The notes under the pieces are model-generated. The model did no database searches, had not been told where the DNA came from, and saw only the letters and a program-made list of their open reading frames with translations. The position numbers and the translations under genes are program-made. DNA of 63,841 bases, the filler included, from Chiloscyllium plagiosum (taxonomy: Eukaryota): the NCBI RefSeq assembly GCF_004010195.1. It is 3 parts of one record of this genome, joined end to end, with 100 filler letters (N's around TTAATTAATTAA, not from the genome) between each part and the next. Parts side by side here need not be neighbours in the genome. Positions count along the whole stretch, not along the records: positions 60,172 to 63,841 come from NC_057712.1; 2 more parts are not named here. The stretch is one strand, 5' to 3'. Below are positions 62,693-63,841 of this stretch, piece after piece; the stretch's first letter is position 1, and each line of letters begins with the position of its first letter.

Positions 62693-63841
62693 TAGAACAT
62701 AGAACATAGAACAATACAGCACAGAACAGGCCCTTCGGCCCACGATGTTGTGCCGAGCATTTGTCCTAGCTTAAGCACCCATCCATGTACCTATCCAATT
62801 GCTGCTTAAAGGTCACCAAAGATTCTGACTCTACCACTCCCACAGGCAGCGCATTCCATGCCCCCACCACTCTCTGGGTAAAGAACCCACCCCTGACATC
62901 TCCCCTATACCTTCCACCCTTCACCTTAAATTTATGTCCCCTTGTAACTCTCTGTTGCACCCGGGGAAAAAGTTTCTGACTGTCTACTCTATCTATTCCT
63001 CTGATCATCTTATATCAAGTCACCCCTCATCCTTCGCCGTTCCATGGGGAACCTTATCAAATGCCTTACTAAAATACATGTACACTACATCCACTGCTAT
63101 ACCCTCAAACACATGCTTGGTCACCTCCTCAAAGAATTCAATCAGACTTGTAAGGCAAGACCTAACCTTCACAAATCCGTGTTGGCTGTCCCTAATCAAG
63201 CAGTGCCTTTCCAGATACTCATAAACCCTATCCCTCAGTACCCTTTCCATTACTTTACCTACCACCGAAGTAAGACTAACTGGCCTGTAATTCCCGGGAT
63301 CATCCCTATTCCCTTTTTTGAACAGGGGCACAACATTCGCCACTCTCCAGTCCCCTGGTACCACCCCCGTTGACAGTGAAGATGAAAAGATCATTGCCAA
63401 CGGTACTGCAATTTCCTCTCTTGCTTCCCACATAATCCTAGGATATATCCCATCAGGCCAGGGGGACTTGTCTATCCTCAAGTTGTTCAAAATGTCCAAC
63501 ACATCTTCCTTCCTAACATGTATCTCCTCTAGCTTACCAGTCCGTTTCACACTCTCCTCTTCAACAATACGGTTCCTCTCATTCATAAATACTGAAGAAA
63601 AGTACTCATTCAAGACCTCTCCTATCTCTTCCGACTCAATACACAGTCTCCCACTACTGTCCTTGATTGGACCCACCCTCGCTCTCGTCATTCTCATGTT
63701 TCTCACATACACATAAAATGCCTTTGGGTTATCCTTGATCCTATCCGCCAAAGATTTTTCATGCCCTCCCTTGGCTCTCCTAATACCTTTCTTCAGGTCC
63801 CTTCTGGCTATCCTGTATCCCTCCAATGCTCTGTCTGAACC
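62692..63841 (-). mobile_element. Young CR1 LINE, RT N-terminal half fused by internal deletion (about 63040) to the 3' end
   Basis: ORF 63020-63826: KSPWPDGIYPR...WRVANVVPLFKKG.RDDPGNYRPVSLTSVVGK...SQHGF...YMYFSKAFDKVPHG; (atagaac)n tail. Confidence 0.93.

Larger units (their letters stand above)
5133..63841 (+). other. LRFN2 intron (continues past the window end)
   Basis: Starts at the GTAAGC donor. No ORF encoding the expected MIP-FN3/TM/ESTV-type last exon is found downstream, and the sequence is dominated by repeats. Confidence 0.75.

Noticed and set aside
60709..62714. Ser/Thr/Ala/Val-rich or antifreeze/mucin-like ORFs (VVSTAVS, TETAVLT repeats)
   Set aside because: They are the translation of the 21-bp SINE-derived satellite, which is interrupted by retroposons.

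Overview
Vertebrate genomic DNA, almost certainly a cartilaginous fish (shark), judged from HE1-type SINEs and HER1/CR1 LINE tails; the species cannot be determined from the sequence. The only host gene seen is the large first coding exon of an LRFN2/SALM1 orthologue (+ strand, exon 3740-5132, ATG at 3760). Everything downstream (about 58.7 kb) appears to be its next intron. It is packed with CR1 LINE fragments, HE1, Deu-domain and other tRNA-derived SINEs, Penelope-like element (PLE) remnants of two clades, a 6.5 kb 23-bp satellite and a 21-bp satellite visibly derived from the HE1 SINE head. The most interesting signal is about 15 minimal hammerhead-ribozyme motifs (CUGANGA - stem II - GAAA - palindromic mini stem III - NUH) carried by at least four PLE terminal-repeat families. 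These include a U3-A8 compensatory core variant, a direct tandem pair 326 nt apart, and several inverted pairs. Two 100-nt gaps contain an artificial TTAATTAATTAA spacer. Repeat boundaries were read by eye and are approximate, and family names were not checked against a database.
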